From Lingula anatina (lineage: Eukaryota; Animalia; Brachiopoda): a stretch of 64,000 bases of DNA. Shown piece by piece: positions 48,698-63,260 of the stretch. The DNA lies in NCBI GenBank assembly GCA_051362555.1, contig CM120649.1:806001-870000 (forward strand). The letters run 5' to 3'. Numbering within the stretch: the first letter of the stretch is position 1; each line of letters opens with the position of its first letter. The notes beneath the pieces were generated by a model. The model did no database searches and was not told the DNA's origin. It saw nothing but the letters and a program-made list of their open reading frames with translations. The position numbers and the translations under genes were made by a program.

Positions 48698-51381
48698 TTT
48701 GTCTCTGCGCAGGTGGTTGACTCGTGTCAGCATAAGGTGGCAATGACCGTGCTAAGACAACAGGCACGGTTACCTTGAAATCAAATGGTTACTAAGGGGA
48801 TATTTTGACAGGTGTTTATTTTTTTTAACGAAGGTTAAATGTATATTATCACGTTAAGGCGTGTGTAAATCAAGAAAAGTGGGATAAATTTACAAAAATT
48901 ACGTCTCTTGAATTTGATTTTAGACAGCTGTTGGAAGTTATTGACATTGTTATCATGTATCTTTTTCTTCTAATTATTGTTTTGGAAAATTACCTTATTT
49001 AAGTGAATTGTTCATTGCTCTAGAGTGCATGACAATGATGCCAGAATAAGTGACCATCACAGAAGAATAATGCCAGAAAATGTGTCTTTTGACCTTGTTT
49101 TGCGAACGCGTAGTGTGCTCCTTATCATTCAAGTATTCCAACACTGAATATTTTGCTTTGATATACAGTCAAGCAACCTTACATAGAATGGCAGCAAAAC
49201 ATGAACCACAGACGTGTTTCCCGGATACCATATCAATGTCTCTCTTAAATGGCTACCCACAAAGGTTGCAATTCCTCTGTGGAGACTCTTAAATCTTACT
49301 TAAAAAGCGACCTTGAAATAATGGCAGTCATTGATCCTAGGGACGCTGTATTGCCAGACGCATCAATCTCTCTTTCTTCATTGCCATGTCATCAAAAAGA
49401 GATTAAAATCCATGTGAACAAAGTAACAGGCTCGTGGTTAAGAATCATTTTAAGAGACCCTATTGAAAAAAGGCAATAAGGCAATGACCGTACCGGGTAA
49501 GTACGTCTTTTTTTTTCTAAACCCAGCAGTGCTTCTTGTAACATTGGATTACCTTCAAATTAAAGCAAATGTCTTTGTGAACGCTTAATAACTTTTGATA
49601 TAAAAAGATATTTAACTGCCTTTTATAAGATAACGACAAGGCAGAAAGACCGAGAAATGCTTTTTTACCCTAAAACCATTCGGCTTTCCGTTCCCCTTGG
49701 GTCTTCATAAAAGATTTTAAAGTGTTTCCTTGAACAGTCAAATGTTTTCAGATAAAAATAGACAAATGTAAATGATGCATCACTGACGTTAGCAAGATCA
49801 TTCTTTAGGTGATTCTCTTCTGCATTTATGGCAAAAAGAAAACTGTGTTCATCGAATCATGAGAAAGATTCACCGTGTCTGTTCTGGTGTTTTCCAGCAT
49901 TGTTTTAGTTGCAAGATCGTTCAAGGTCATTTGGAATCTAAAGAAATCATTTTTTACTAATTCTTAGGTTTTTTGGACAATGCTGACTTAAACATATATG
50001 TCTTGGTACTTGTGAATGAATTAAATGAATAAATTAAAGTAAATATGTAAATACACGAAAGGACAGATGGACCAAGAAAATTAATTAATTGCGGAAAATT
50101 AAAGTCTTAAAGCAGATTTTCCCGTTCACCAGCTCGTCTGTAAAAGAACAGCAGTGCCAGAATACATAATGCTCCTCGCATCCTCACTGGCGATCCTCAA
50201 ACACATCCTCCAAATGATATCTGTGCAAAAAGGTCACCCGTCGAACGGAGACATATTCTCTGATACCGATATGCAAGGCCCGATCTGCCGAACAAATTGA
50301 TATCAGATCATAGTCTAAATAGAATATATCGATTTTCGACTTATAATCAATTATCCCGGGGTGACTGCTCACCGATAATACTAGTATAGGTTTGATGGCA
50401 GTGGCAGAAAGACACATCCCTATTACAGAGATTTCTATCGACTCGCAGAAAATTATAAAATCGATTTTGACCTGTGGTCGATTTTTATAGGGTTAAAACG
50501 TTACACCGGTAATCACATTGAATACCAGATAATAATGACCGCCGAAACCACGCTGTTTGTTGATTGTAGACGAGCATATGGAGATGTTAAGTGTACTGTT
50601 GGAGTGTATTTTTTATTTTTGTTTGTTTGTTTGCTTGTTTTTCAAAATAACTTTAACCAGAAACTTGTGATGAATTTTTAGATTAGAAACTCGCTCTGTC
50701 ACGATCCACAAGATAAATCTCGTGCTTCAGAGATTACTGGAGAGCAATCCTCTTTAGAATTTTCATGCTTTTGGTGAACATATCTGGGGCCTGTTTCAGA
50801 CACATACCTGATCATATACACGCTTAAACACGCAGGTTTAAAAAGATTAAATGAAATTGGATAAATAAAATGAAATAGGTGATTTAGGTCAATATTGGTT
50901 GACTTAACGTTATTCTTATAGCCTTAAGACCATACTGTTAGTCTACTTTGACTTAAGTCAAGTCAGTCCACTGGTAGTCCTGCTTTATAACAAGAAAGAC
51001 ATGGTCAGTGTTTTACGTCAATATTCGCTCCATTTATCTGAACTGCTGTCCATTCACTCTGAGTTGAGATAGACCAAAATTTAGTCTAAAACTTTCTACT
51101 GGAACTGTCTTCGGAAATTACGAGTAACAAAAGCTGACTAAGACCAAAAGCCACTGTGGTCTTTGTTCCTCCAATTACGATGATTAAGGTCAATTGCCAC
51201 TCGGTAAATAGCCACAAGGGCTTGTTTGCCAGACTCTAATCAACTTTAGAATTTAATCGTGTGACGAGTCTGTAATTTGGTTCTTCTGTTGGTTGGTTTA
51301 GTCTCGGGTGCAAAGTACGTCAGGGGAGCATGTGTAAGATATGTGTATACACTTAACATGTTTTACCTTTTTTTAATAAAG

Positions 51382-51415
<34 letters not shown>

Positions 51416-52214
51416 ATCGCCGTCGAACCTTGTTTTAATTTTAGGGCACAGTAGCTTACGTCATGGCTTCTAAATTAACGCCTCAGGAAAAGCACCCAGT
51501 TAGAGATGGGCTAAAAATCAATCGATCGCGTTATCACCAATCATTTAAGTCGCTCTTGAATCATTTCATATAGAGGTTCAGAGATATTAGATGAAATGTG
51601 AGGTTTTCCATGGACGCACCTTGATGCATTCAATGTCGTCGACTAGCTTTGATACTGTCGTCTGCTTGTCTGCATTCCGTTTAAATCTGTCGTCTGCTAT
51701 TTTTTTGCAATGTTACCTTGTACGGGTCGCATGAAGCTACCGCGGCATTAACCCACTGCAGAGCTTGTGATTGTAGAATATTTGTCACCATCATTGCTAC
51801 GGCGGCAAATATTGTCGTCTGCTAGAGGAATAACATGTCAGAAATGAATGGCATGTCAGCTCCCTCTTCCAGAGAATTTTCTCTCACTCCATCTTTGACA
51901 GTTGTCCTAGAATTTAAATAATTCACTATGGATTTTACTACATGCTGTTCAAATATGCTAAAGGCTAGAAGGGACGAATTAAAAAAGACACATCCCAGTT
52001 TGAAAGTGAAGCCAATTTATAGACCTACATCTTATTTTTACAGCGTTGCAATAACGCATAATGGCATAAGGGATGTTTTTTCCTGCAGCTGCATAAGTTC
52101 ATAACCTTGTATGTAGTTTGCTTCAGTATGGCGGTTCTTTGTCGGATGATATTCAGAAAACGATCAGAGGAACACGTTTGATGGCATTGCATTAAACGCA
52201 AGGTAAGCTTTTTA

Positions 52215-52506
52215 GACATGGGACAATTTCAATGAATAATAAAGTAGCGAAAGCACGGTCACAATCAAAGCCGTTTAGTTTTTTGAGAAATTCTTACATT
52301 GTCGTCTGCTTGATGACAGACTGGTTGTCTGCAAACACGTTTGAGGGCATTGAATTTAACGTAAGATAAGTTTTTCGACATCGGACAATTTCAATGAATA
52401 AGAAATTAACAAAAACACGGTCACAATCAAAGCTACTGAGTTTTATGAGACCTTCAAACATTGTCGTCTGCTAGCTGACGGATTTGTCGTCTGCAAGCAC
52501 ATTTGG
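52215..52506 (+). repeat. Two-unit tandem repeat, 162-bp period, within a GTCGTCTGC-motif region
   Basis: GGACAATTTCAATGAATAA occurs at 52221 and 52383, each followed by CACGGTCACAATCAAAGC and CATTGTCGTCTGCT. Confidence 0.85.
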
Positions 52507-53343
52507 TTCACCTAACACGGAAAACTGCGATTGATATATTCAACGAAGAATCATGAATGCAAAAAAAAGAACGACTAAGCTCAGATACATGAGTCTGTAT
52601 GCGGGTCATATGTGGCGTTCTAATGTTATAATGTCGCACAAAATGTTTCATCAACATAACAGAATTGAGCGGTAACGAGCGGATGTAGGCAGTAATATTA
52701 GCAGGGAACTTGGGCAAATTTCCAGCTCATATTTCCCTCCATTGTGTATAAAAGTCCACCCCGTTTGGGGTTTGCAAGCACAGTTAAGACGTGTAATGTC
52801 TTTATTCTATCTCGCACTGTGCCATGTTGGTTTTATCCCATTTTTTACACCTATCATAGGTGTAGTTGCCAAAGTAACGAGGGGGTTACTCCAACCATGT
52901 CGGTCATGGGTGCAGGAAGCGAGTGGGTTCATTGAGGGGGTTCCCCACAGTCGTCGTTATTAATTTCTGAATGGTTACACCACCTCCCCCCCTCTACTTG
53001 AATTTTGCTACAAGGTACGTGTCTGCTCCTGGCCTTCTCACACTGTATAATAGTACTTGTCTTTTGGTTTTGAGTAATAACTTGAAACTGAAGCAATCAC
53101 CATACATACACATACAATGTATGCTATTGGTATTTGTTCACAGATTTTACTTAGTTTAAAGAAAACGTGCATCTGATGCGATAAGTAAGGGTTCAAGTAT
53201 GCCAACAATTAAAAAAGAATAGTCCAAGACGAATTCAAAGTTAGTTGAAAATAAATGGCTGCTCTGGAAAGCAACTGAGAACATGGTAAGAACATAATGA
53301 TCGGTTTAATATAGAACCCAAGGCGAATATCAAGTGAGGGATA

Positions 53344-53440
53344 GGCCGCATTCAGTGGACTAACTAGTCCGAGGACCAAATATAGCCGCCCCACTTGAAT
53401 ATTCCCCCACGGGGAATCTATTCAGTGTCTATTAGCAGAA
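53344..53440 (+). mobile_element. MITE family B, truncated copy (left half)
   Basis: GGCCGCATTCAGTGGACTAACTAGTCCGAGGACCAAATAT..CACTTGAATA..CCCCACGGGGAATCT matches 58878-58975. Confidence 0.8.
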
Positions 53441-55209
53441 CGTTGGAAACAAGAGGAGGCATGATCAGTTAAACTGATTGCAGTCAGCGAGAGTCCGGGC
53501 AGAGTTGGGTCGATACACGTAGACCGATGGTGCCTATGTGAATGTAAATTAATACAAAGAAATGAGCGTGTAATCCTTAAGACGACCTCCATTGATAATA
53601 GATCTCGCTTACGCAACATGACGACGGGTCGTATTTTGTATTGTCGGATTACGTGTAAATGTATTCAAAAGCTGTTTCAGGCGCTGAATTTGTGATCGAC
53701 TCAAATGGAACGGAACGTGTGCCGTTAAATTATTTCACTGCAATAAACGGTTCGACTAAAGATTATACTATACTGATTGCGCTTCGTCTTCAATCTCAGT
53801 TCCAAGTAAGTATGAGTATATACATGTATAAGACCCAAGGAAAGAAGGCAACATAGGCTATTTGTCTCACTGTTTATTCCGTATAACCTATTACGAAACT
53901 TTATCCTGTTTTGTGTGTCTCGGGGGTACAAACTATGGCATAAGAAAGCTGATCCACGTACAGACCAGACATACTAAATATCCGAGGATTGAATAAATAT
54001 CGATCGATAAGAAGAGCGAGACCAATCCTCAAATAAAAAAACAGAAATAAAGAGAACAAAATCCATTACGCCGTCGTTACCCATTTTCTGATAAATATTT
54101 AACAGTTGAATGTCTGTCGTAGAACAAATGATAACTTTGGGTATCATGGTCATGTCGGAATCCCATTCCCAACGATTTCTGTCTATCTTTTCAATCTTTG
54201 AAGAAATCTATCCGCTCAGTTTTATTTCGTGTATATCTACCTATCCATCTCCCTTTTCAACTGAAGTATACCGGTATCTGTAGCTTGCCTTATAAAACGA
54301 CTTAAGTCAAAAATCGACCTTAGTGCAGACTGAAAATCATTTTATCAGACTTAGTTGCCTTTGATAAAGAATCAAAAAGGTCACCGTCCTGTTGTATTCA
54401 GTAATTTATCAGAAAACTATGAATGTCTTGCCAATCGTTTGGCTTGCAGTTGTTATAAGAACCCGTCTAGTAATTCCAAGTACTTTTATTGAGTGCCAGA
54501 TGTCAAAGTGACGCAACCTGGCCAATATTGCAAAGTCGACCTGGCTTAGTCGTCTATGCATTTATAGCCATCTATAAGCCAATCCCAAAAATATTTTTTT
54601 AACTAGGTCATGGCTTTAAATATGTAAACCAAATTTAGACTCCCTCCTTTAATGATAATTGATCGCCAAGGCAACAATTGATACCCAAATTCCCAAAATC
54701 TTCACGCATGTCCGGGCAGCATTTAGATATAAATTTACACTGGGTTAAGTCCACTTCAATCCAGGGCCCTGTTTTACTATAATATCTACCAATGATGACA
54801 ATTTATCGGACATTAAATATGTGGTTATATTCATGAGGGCTGTCTAACTACAATGTTGATGGTGGATTTAGATCTATATTTAGACTGAAATCAGACTATT
54901 TATTTCCCAAAGCCTGTTTGTCAAAACCCTTAAGTGCCTGTAGAGTACCAGTATATCGTCTGGAAGTGTTATTTTTCAATAAACAGCTCTTGTTTTTATT
55001 GAGCCGAATATTTTGGTAAAATTTCAATATACTCTACAAGGAATGAGACTACTTACACCCTCAATATAAAGTCTGGCTACAAGTTCCCTGTCGAAATAGA
55101 ATTCCAATAGAATAATTGACAGGTGTGATCCTTGCCCCCAACCCCCTTATCGCCAATTCAGGATCACAAACATTTGTTCCTGTTTTATGAAAGTCTGAAC
55201 CCTCCTTCT

Positions 55210-55210
<1 letters not shown>

Positions 55211-55254
<44 letters not shown>
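55211..55254. repeat. (CT)n microsatellite
   Basis: Directly visible. Confidence 0.95.
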
Positions 55255-55256
<2 letters not shown>

Positions 55257-56754
55257 CTTGACTAAATATCGATCGTGCTGAACAACAGGAGCTCTCTTGT
55301 CTATCACATTTGAGGCCGTGTTTCCGCCCCACGGGGCCTAGGCCGTGAGGAGATTACGTCTTCCGAGATGCACGCTTACGATCCATTCTTCGCTGCCGCT
55401 CAATATCTATCACTTTTCATTAAACGTCATTAAGGCTGTTCAAAGCGTTCCCGGGGACGATGTTTTGCGGTTTTGTTAGTGGGTGTGGTCAGACTAGAAC
55501 GATCGAGATTTCGTTTTTGACGTGATGGCGTCATTTTATGTTTATTGCAAGGTACAGTATAGGTGAATGACATTTTCTGTAACATTCTCTTGTTGTTTGA
55601 ATTGATGACGGCAGATCTAGGTGAGCCACATCTTTTTAAAAAAATCTACTTCAACGAAAAAATTTGGTTCTTATGAGAACTAAAAGAGAACGAATCACTG
55701 GGACAACTCTGGTTAGCCGAAAAAAAAATGGTCTTTAAAAGTTAAATTTTTATATAATTTGTAAATCTGTTAAAAAGACCCCGGGATAGTATTAGAAATT
55801 CAGAAATACATGTAGAGGATCTCTAGGAATAGCCCTTGACATGGGCAATATGTTATCGTGCAAGAGTTCCTTTTACATTTTCTTCACCAGTTTTTAGTGT
55901 CGTTTGAGGCTTAAATTAGTCTAGTAACATCTGTTATCTCGCTTACGCGACTTGGCCCGGTTTCCGGGTGATAAGGGGACCTCGTCCGAACAGTCTACGG
56001 TATCATGATAGAGCACACGTAAGCAATATGTGCTCAGCGGACGAGTGATAGTTTATCTCCTATACGTGCATGTATTCATTCTTTTGATTGGTTTAAAGCG
56101 TGGGATGCTGTAGTGGGAGAGCGTGACGGTGCTGGACAGGAACCGGAAGCTGCTACTCTGTCAAATGATTAATTAACAAGCACCTGTCAGTTTCGTGTCT
56201 GTTTTGGAACTCAACATTCTCTGCTTGATGTCTTAGTGAATACTAGCATTGGCACGAATAGGTGCGTCATTAATTAATTAATTACACTTCTCCGTAGGGT
56301 CTGCGTGCTACATGCATGGCATCGTCATACATACATGTACATGTGCATATAACATTAATATTCTTATCAACGTTTGTGCGAAGGGGGCCACATCTAGTTT
56401 TTTGTACACCTGTACCTCTCACCCTGTTGCATCTAGCCTTTTTGTTCCACGAACACCATATTTGAGGATTAAAGTCAATTGTGGTTGCAGTAGGACCAGA
56501 AAATGTTTATACTGTCTTATTACACGTTTATATACCAGTACGCGTCTTTTAAATAGCATGTCGTGCATGCCGACGACGCAAAGGATACTCAAGTTATCAG
56601 AATTTTGCAACAAATCCATCACAATTCAAAAGAAGATCGGTCAAAAACCTCATGAATTACCATTTAAAGCTTAATGTCCTGTTGGTACGTGTATAAAAAT
56701 GGGAATGCTATAATCAAAATATATTTGAGCAAACAATGCGAGAGTGCAGTCTGT

Positions 56755-56756
<2 letters not shown>

Positions 56757-56810
<54 letters not shown>

Positions 56811-56813
56811 TTT
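56757..56813. repeat. (TTTA)n microsatellite
   Basis: Directly visible; (TAAA)n also at ~32053-32080. Confidence 0.95.
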
Positions 56814-58133
56814 GAATTCTCAAGTAATCATTTATACTTTGATCCATCTTAAATTTTCTTTATAAAATGAACAGCAGACATTGTGTATGCATGCATTTTT
56901 TTAATACCAACTGACTCATACGTGCAGGGCTATCTTCATCTCATGTCATTTGGACTGAGAAAATAACATAATTTGATCTAACTTCTACCTTATTACCTGG
57001 TGACATTATAAGGATAATGGTATAATTTTCTCTAAACTGTAAGGCATCAACTGGCATCATTATGAAAATCCCACACGCAGTGCATTTGAATTGCTCGTAT
57101 ATAACCTCTTCATTGAATAGGGGTTCAATGTAGGCAGAAATATTCAAAACTGTTTTGCAAATGCGATGTATTTAATAACACATAATGTGCATTTGGTCTG
57201 AAGTAAGGTTATATACGTGTATATTTAACAACGATCATATTTGAATTATGTACGATTATGTGATGTACAGAAACGAAAACACACTTGACGTTATGGTGGT
57301 AAATAATCGGCATGGGATGCTTCATATAATGGTTTTTTTACCGCCATTACCATAATATACAGTATGCGTTTATGCTAAACGGTCTATTCACAATAGTGTT
57401 CTTGTTCTCTATATTTTGATTTTCTACTTTTTCCACCCTATTTCTTCGCTCCTATCAGTACTTTATGAGCCCAAAAATGTTGTCGTTACAAAGTAATTCA
57501 AGAATCGGTAGCAGAAAGGCGACCAGTGTAGATACTGTGGGCTGGTTCTGAGAAGGCGCTTTCCACGTAAGATGTCTTACACAAGGCAGTCTTACGATAA
57601 TTGCTTATTTCCTCAACGATATACAGAATAAGAGAGGGAATATATAGTTTATTTTCGGCACTCATTTCCGAACTGAATGAAATTCTTGATATATTTTTAT
57701 TGGTATTCTCATTTCCTGGATAAATTTTCTAGGAAACTGCATGTAGTTTCTCTGAAGTCAATTTCATAAGGCATGTACTGTATGGAAGACGTAAGGCCCT
57801 CGATCTGATTACAATATTTATTCCGTCTTCCGCTCCTCCTTTTGTGAGTTAACGGACCCAGGTCAGTGTAACTGTATGGAACACATCAGCAAAGTTACGG
57901 AAAAGGTGTGTCTCTTTATGTTGGTACAGTTAACTGTTTTTCCTTTTCAATCAAGATGTTTTCCTTCTCTGCAAAACTCCATTTTTTGTTTACATTTCAG
58001 TCTCCCGTATATTAAACGTAATCTCTCTTTTTTCTTTCTCTCTTCGTACATAAAGGCGAGAGCACACGCACGGGCGCTCTCTTGCACGCGGACTCACGCA
58101 AAGCACACACGAGCATTTACCCCCTCCCCCAAG

Positions 58134-58136
58134 CAC

Positions 58137-58175
<39 letters not shown>
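58134..58175. repeat. (CA)n microsatellite
   Basis: Directly visible. Confidence 0.95.
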
Positions 58176-58176
<1 letters not shown>

Positions 58177-58877
58177 CCATGTGACACCCGTCTTTAACTG
58201 ACACATACCATGAATTCATTGGATAAATCTTTAATGTGGGTTGTTAGAGACTTAATACCGTGCCCTAAAAACACGGCTTCATTTAATCTGTACATTTACT
58301 CAGCACTTCAAAAGGACAACCTACAGGTAATTCAAATAATGGGGCTACATCTTGATAACAATGAACGTAGTGGGCGATCACAGGTAGGACTGTTTTATGT
58401 TATCAGTAGCGGTATAGTTTTACATGTACAGTAAAAATGGAAGGAGCAGTTCGTCAGAGGGGGGGGAGGAAGGGTTGTTGGACACAATCATAAACCCTTT
58501 GGTCCTTGGTCAGTACTTGCTCAACTGGGCCTGTTGCATTAATCCAAGTTTTGAATGTATGATGAGACAAGAAAGGACCCAGAGAAGCATTTCATCAGTT
58601 GTGTCGTGTTATAAGGGTAAAGTGATTGTGTTCAATCTACATCTAATATTGAACATGTTTACCTCCAAGTATATCTCCTGAATAGAGGCTATTCACCTGG
58701 AAAGCCTCATTATCTGATGAAGATACCCTGGGCAGACATCGGAATATTGGAAGTAAACAATTTCAATATTAGCTGTTGATTAAAGAAAATCACTTTACTC
58801 GTTAGAAAGGGACCAGAACTAAATGAGGTCAACGGCCTTGCATACATTTATTCGGAGCTGGAATACATTCAGTATTA

Positions 58878-59052
58878 GGTCGCATTCAGAACAGTGGACT
58901 AACTAGTCCGAGGGTCAAATATGGCCGACCCACTTGAATACCTCCCCACGGGGAATCTGTTCAGTGTCTATTACCAGATTAGACGGCAAGCTTTTTAGAG
59001 GGTCGCCATATTTGACCCGCGGACTAGTTAGTCCACTGTTCTGAATGAGGCC
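58878..59052 (+). mobile_element. MITE family B copy
   Basis: 175 bp, TIR CATTCAGAACAGTGGACTAACTAGTCCG / CGGACTAGTTAGTCCACTGTTCTGAATG, TSD TTA/TTA. Confidence 0.88.
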
Positions 59053-62000
59053 TTATACTACTGATCCAATTTATATGGCAAAGGATTTGTAACTATGTCT
59101 GTTACACAGCTCAACATTGTGATAATGACGCAATCAGTTTACTCTCATCGAATACTTAGACATAAAGTATATTTGCAAAAGACTCAAAACAACCCGCATT
59201 CAGCTCTTGTAGCTATTGTTAGGTCTGTCACAGAAGGAAAGAGAGCATACATCCAATAGAACTTATGAATTATTGCTCTTACTGATATGGTTTATGTCAA
59301 TGCATCAGAAAGTTGGATGATGTGTATATTTGTGTAAATGATACCGGTAGTCCTATATATGTTAAATTATTGTTGTTGTTGTTGTTGTTGCTTTTCCTCT
59401 GCTTCTACTTCTTTATTTCAGTTCATTTTAACTGTCGTTGAATATAAAATGTGTACTGTGGAAACTATTTGTATAGCTTTGAACCATTACACGTCAGTCC
59501 TTTTCAACTATATTGTAATGAGCAGTGTATTGGCAATATAACGGTGGACAGGGGGTGTAGGGGGGGGGCACGTTGGGGGGGGGGGGTTCAGCCCCTTCAA
59601 TGTTATCACTCCAACACACCATGAAATAATATAATGTTGTCTTTGTTTACTTTTTCGTATTTATGTATTGGTACTCGTGAGCTTTGTTGCAAAATACTGG
59701 GTTCGCCATAGCAGTCGTATTGACGTACCTGTCGGTGCGACCAAAATCCCTCAATATATCAATTCATGAATACTGGTTACGTGTAAAATCACTAACGAAC
59801 TAATCGCTTTATTTCAGATTACTCGACAAACGACGGGAGCGTTTTGTGAGCTTCGCATTAATAGAATTAAGGAGGATTAAACAACACATAACGCAGAACT
59901 TTCATTCCTAGGAATGGTTTTATAATTGACTCTAAGGTCCCCAGTTCCTTTAGTTGACAACGGAGACGTAGCAGTCGAGAGCTGTGCGCTTTACTGTGCT
60001 TGTCTACACTAGATAGTGACAAAAGGCTACTGTGACGTCACGTTATATCTTGGGATTATATACATATCTGCCATAGGAAATTTAGATTTGAAGCTGTAAA
60101 AAAATCAGAGCTTATTTCGTGACGCCTTACCTACATCTTTGCCAATTTGGCTTGCATAAAGGCGTCAGCGAATGCTAAATAAGGAAAGTGATTAATTAAA
60201 ACTACTACGGTGTTCTTAGAACGAAATCCGTGGAATAAGCCCTAAGAGAAGAATTTGTTCTATATTCTGACGAGTGACATAATTTCTGCTGAAGAAACTT
60301 GTTGGTTTATCTCGAATAAATGAAGATAAAAGAACGGGGATAAAACACGGTTGTGACAGACGGTCGACAAATGTGAATTCTGAGGATATATACATATATC
60401 AATATTACTTGGAAATGACTTGTTATCAAGGGACTTTTAGTTGAACCATTTCCATTGCTGGACATACGCAGAGCCAAACATACCACACGACGTATAGCTT
60501 TACATGAAGCCGTCTACGGTCATACATTCGCATAAAAGTGTTTACGAACGCATAAAGATCAGATATAGGACATCGGAAGCAACCGTCTGGACAATTGTTT
60601 TGAATTATTGTCGTAATGGCCAAGAAGTTGTATCTTTCTCATAAAACTGGCCGGGTTGCTTATTGATTCTTGTATTACAGCAAAAGTAAACAACGCTTCT
60701 GTCACCCGTTACTGCAGTTAATGTCTGATGAATAAAACTTAATGAAAAGGATCAGTTAAAGGTCAAGGCCAATTAAAAGGTCAATAAAAGGTCAGTGAGC
60801 TCCTACATTGAAGAGTATTAAGGAATATCATTCGAAGGGAATACGAGTCTTTTGCGTGACTATCCTTAGCGTCACTGTCCTTAGCTTAGCGTCGCAGACG
60901 ACAGTCGCAGACCACCGGCTTCATGACAAAAAGCAGACGTGACTTTCAAATGAGCAGTGAATTAATACTTGAAGATAAAGATATAACTGAAACAAGACAC
61001 CTTTTCAAACGATTGACGGAAGCGAAACGCCGTGCTCAACAGATCAACAAAAGCAGACGGCAGCAAAAATCAAAAGTCGGCCAAAGAACGTTCGGGCATA
61101 TCCTAGATGTATACTAGTAATTTCAATCGACAAATAAGTGAAAGTGGACTGTAAAAAGGAAGGTGAATACTTTTCAAACAATCGACAAAGACGATCGTAG
61201 CAGGCAGTGGATCGGTGTAGTCAGTCAATGTCAGGCCAGCTTTGTAGAAACTAGTGGATGCCAGACAAATCACTCCACAAAAATAGAACAGGAAAACGAT
61301 GTCTGTGCTCTTAAACTACTCGTAAAAGATCACTAAAATCAGTCGAACATCTCTACTTTACGACGGCCGCAGACGACTCCAATTTAAGGGGACGGCCATC
61401 AGCAAGCAGACGACGTCTGTAAACGAGAGCAACAAACGACAGGACACTGCCCCCTGCTCGAGATTGCTTGACAGCTGCCGGCGTCCGCAATACGCACGGA
61501 GAATACCAACTACGCTACAATCGATTGTGCAGCGTTCAAAGGAACAACTCGTCTTGTTTCCCGCATACAGCCGACTTGCCTTGGGCATTAACGCAGATAC
61601 AATGTACGGCGAGGACGAAAGCGCGAACGGAAGCGCACACAACAGAGCAGCATGCTACAGAACGGAAGCTTTTCATGTCAATCCCTTAATCGAAGGCCAT
61701 CTGGTGTGAGTTAAGGACATCTCAGGTGAGTTGCACTTGTAATCAGGTCTCTCAGAATAATCGTCAAGTGCTGTTTGTTACTCTATGGTAATTACGCCTT
61801 CACCTCAGAAAATGCTGGTGTTGATGAATTAAATAGTGAGTGTTCTTCAAAGTCTGTTGCTCTTTGCAGGAATGCTTGGTTAAAACAACACTATTAGGAA
61901 TATTTCAATTTCCACGCATTAACGACATCGCTTTGGATCACAGAGATCGCCGTAGAGCAGTATCCGGTTGCCATTCACGCTGCTGTATACTACTGAAGGG

Positions 62001-62799
62001 GATTCGATAAAAAAGACACATAGTATCGACTGTTGAGGACCGCTCCCAATACACGGAGGAACATTGTGGTGTGGCCTTAGTAGCACATTTTAACGTGTTC
62101 ATCATAAAACCTGCCGAGGCGCCGTAGTAATCGCCGACCAAAATTACTGTCGCGAGGATTTCATTCCCGCGTTAAAAACGTTGGCTTGATACGTTAAGTT
62201 ATTCCTATATTGACGTCCTCTAGCGGCGCTTGCCTTTTTGCACTCCGTAGTAAAAAAAATACGCTGATGCTATTGATTTGTCAGAAGCACGTTGGAAGAC
62301 CATCCGACCAAATCACCCGTCAAAGTTAGCAGTGACATATCATATAGGGAAACGAGAAACTATATCTTTCCAGGCGTTTTTGACGGATGTGATTCGCCCA
62401 CTTCTTGCCGGGATGGTAACGATTTACGAGCAGAGTACCGACGTGTGAGGAAAAGAGGTGAGATAAACGTCTTGTTTTAAGTATCGGAAGAGGCGAGAAC
62501 TTAACCTTAACGTATAATTCAGCCGGGCATTAAAAAATGCATATATCCCTTAAATAGGAAGAAGTTAATTACGTGAATATTCAATCAATAATTTGAGAGG
62601 AATAGGTCACATGGTAAAGTTCCATTGGATGTGGGAATGTTCACAGTAATGGTGAGTGGGTGTCTTGCTTGATCTTCCAGTACAAAGAGCACGGTCTGAG
62701 TAAGCCCCTATTGTATAACTTGTTGGGAAAATATTCCACCAATCAAAGGCCGGGGCACAAGAATAGATCGGCTTACCAATTAAAGGGTATGAAGTCACT

Positions 62800-63260
62800 T
62801 TAATACACTTTCATTAAAAAGGAAGAGCAATTTAAGCTGAAATACTAAGTTCGAGATAGCACACAAAAAGGAGAGGAAGGATCTGGAATTTAATTTGGCA
62901 AACCGCTTAGAGAGGCAATCAGACGCGCTCTCCCAAGAGTGTTTCTCTGGGATTTGTCATGCAGCAGCTCCATCTATTGAGAGAAGGGAACACCATACAA
63001 AAGCCGGTGCTTATTTTCTAACCCCAACATACCCTTATAAACATTAGTGATTATTTGACATCAAAGGCGAAGATATAAGATACTGATAGCAAGCCGCGCT
63101 TGAAAACGTTCGACTTGGAGCAGCTTGGCTGACTCTGGTAGTTGGAATGCCAACTGACAGCTATTGGAATCGACAGTAAAAATTGCACAAAAAGTAAACT
63201 TGGGATTTCAACCGCAGGCACGTAAGTTAAAAGCAATTCCAACAGGTGTTATCAGTCAAT
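62800..63260 (-). mobile_element. Possible decayed 3' ORF2 fragment of a CR1/L2-type LINE
   Basis: Broken-frame peptides LLLTYVP.., QVERFQARLAISIL and ..FPSLNRW resemble the post-RT motifs LY..YVRP.LEY, LE.VQ.RA.R.I and L.SL..RR of CR1/L2 elements. Many stops and shifts. Confidence 0.35.

Noticed and set aside
49249-49502. 76-aa ORF ending close to a strong donor site, as a possible coding first exon
   Set aside because: It stops before the donor, and the phase-1 join from the nearby ATG does not fit the 63594 frame at either acceptor. No recognisable homology.
60923-61709. Short ORFs as possible transposase remnants
   Set aside because: No DDE, tyrosine recombinase or RT motif recognisable; the region is better explained by the GCAGACGAC repeat cluster.
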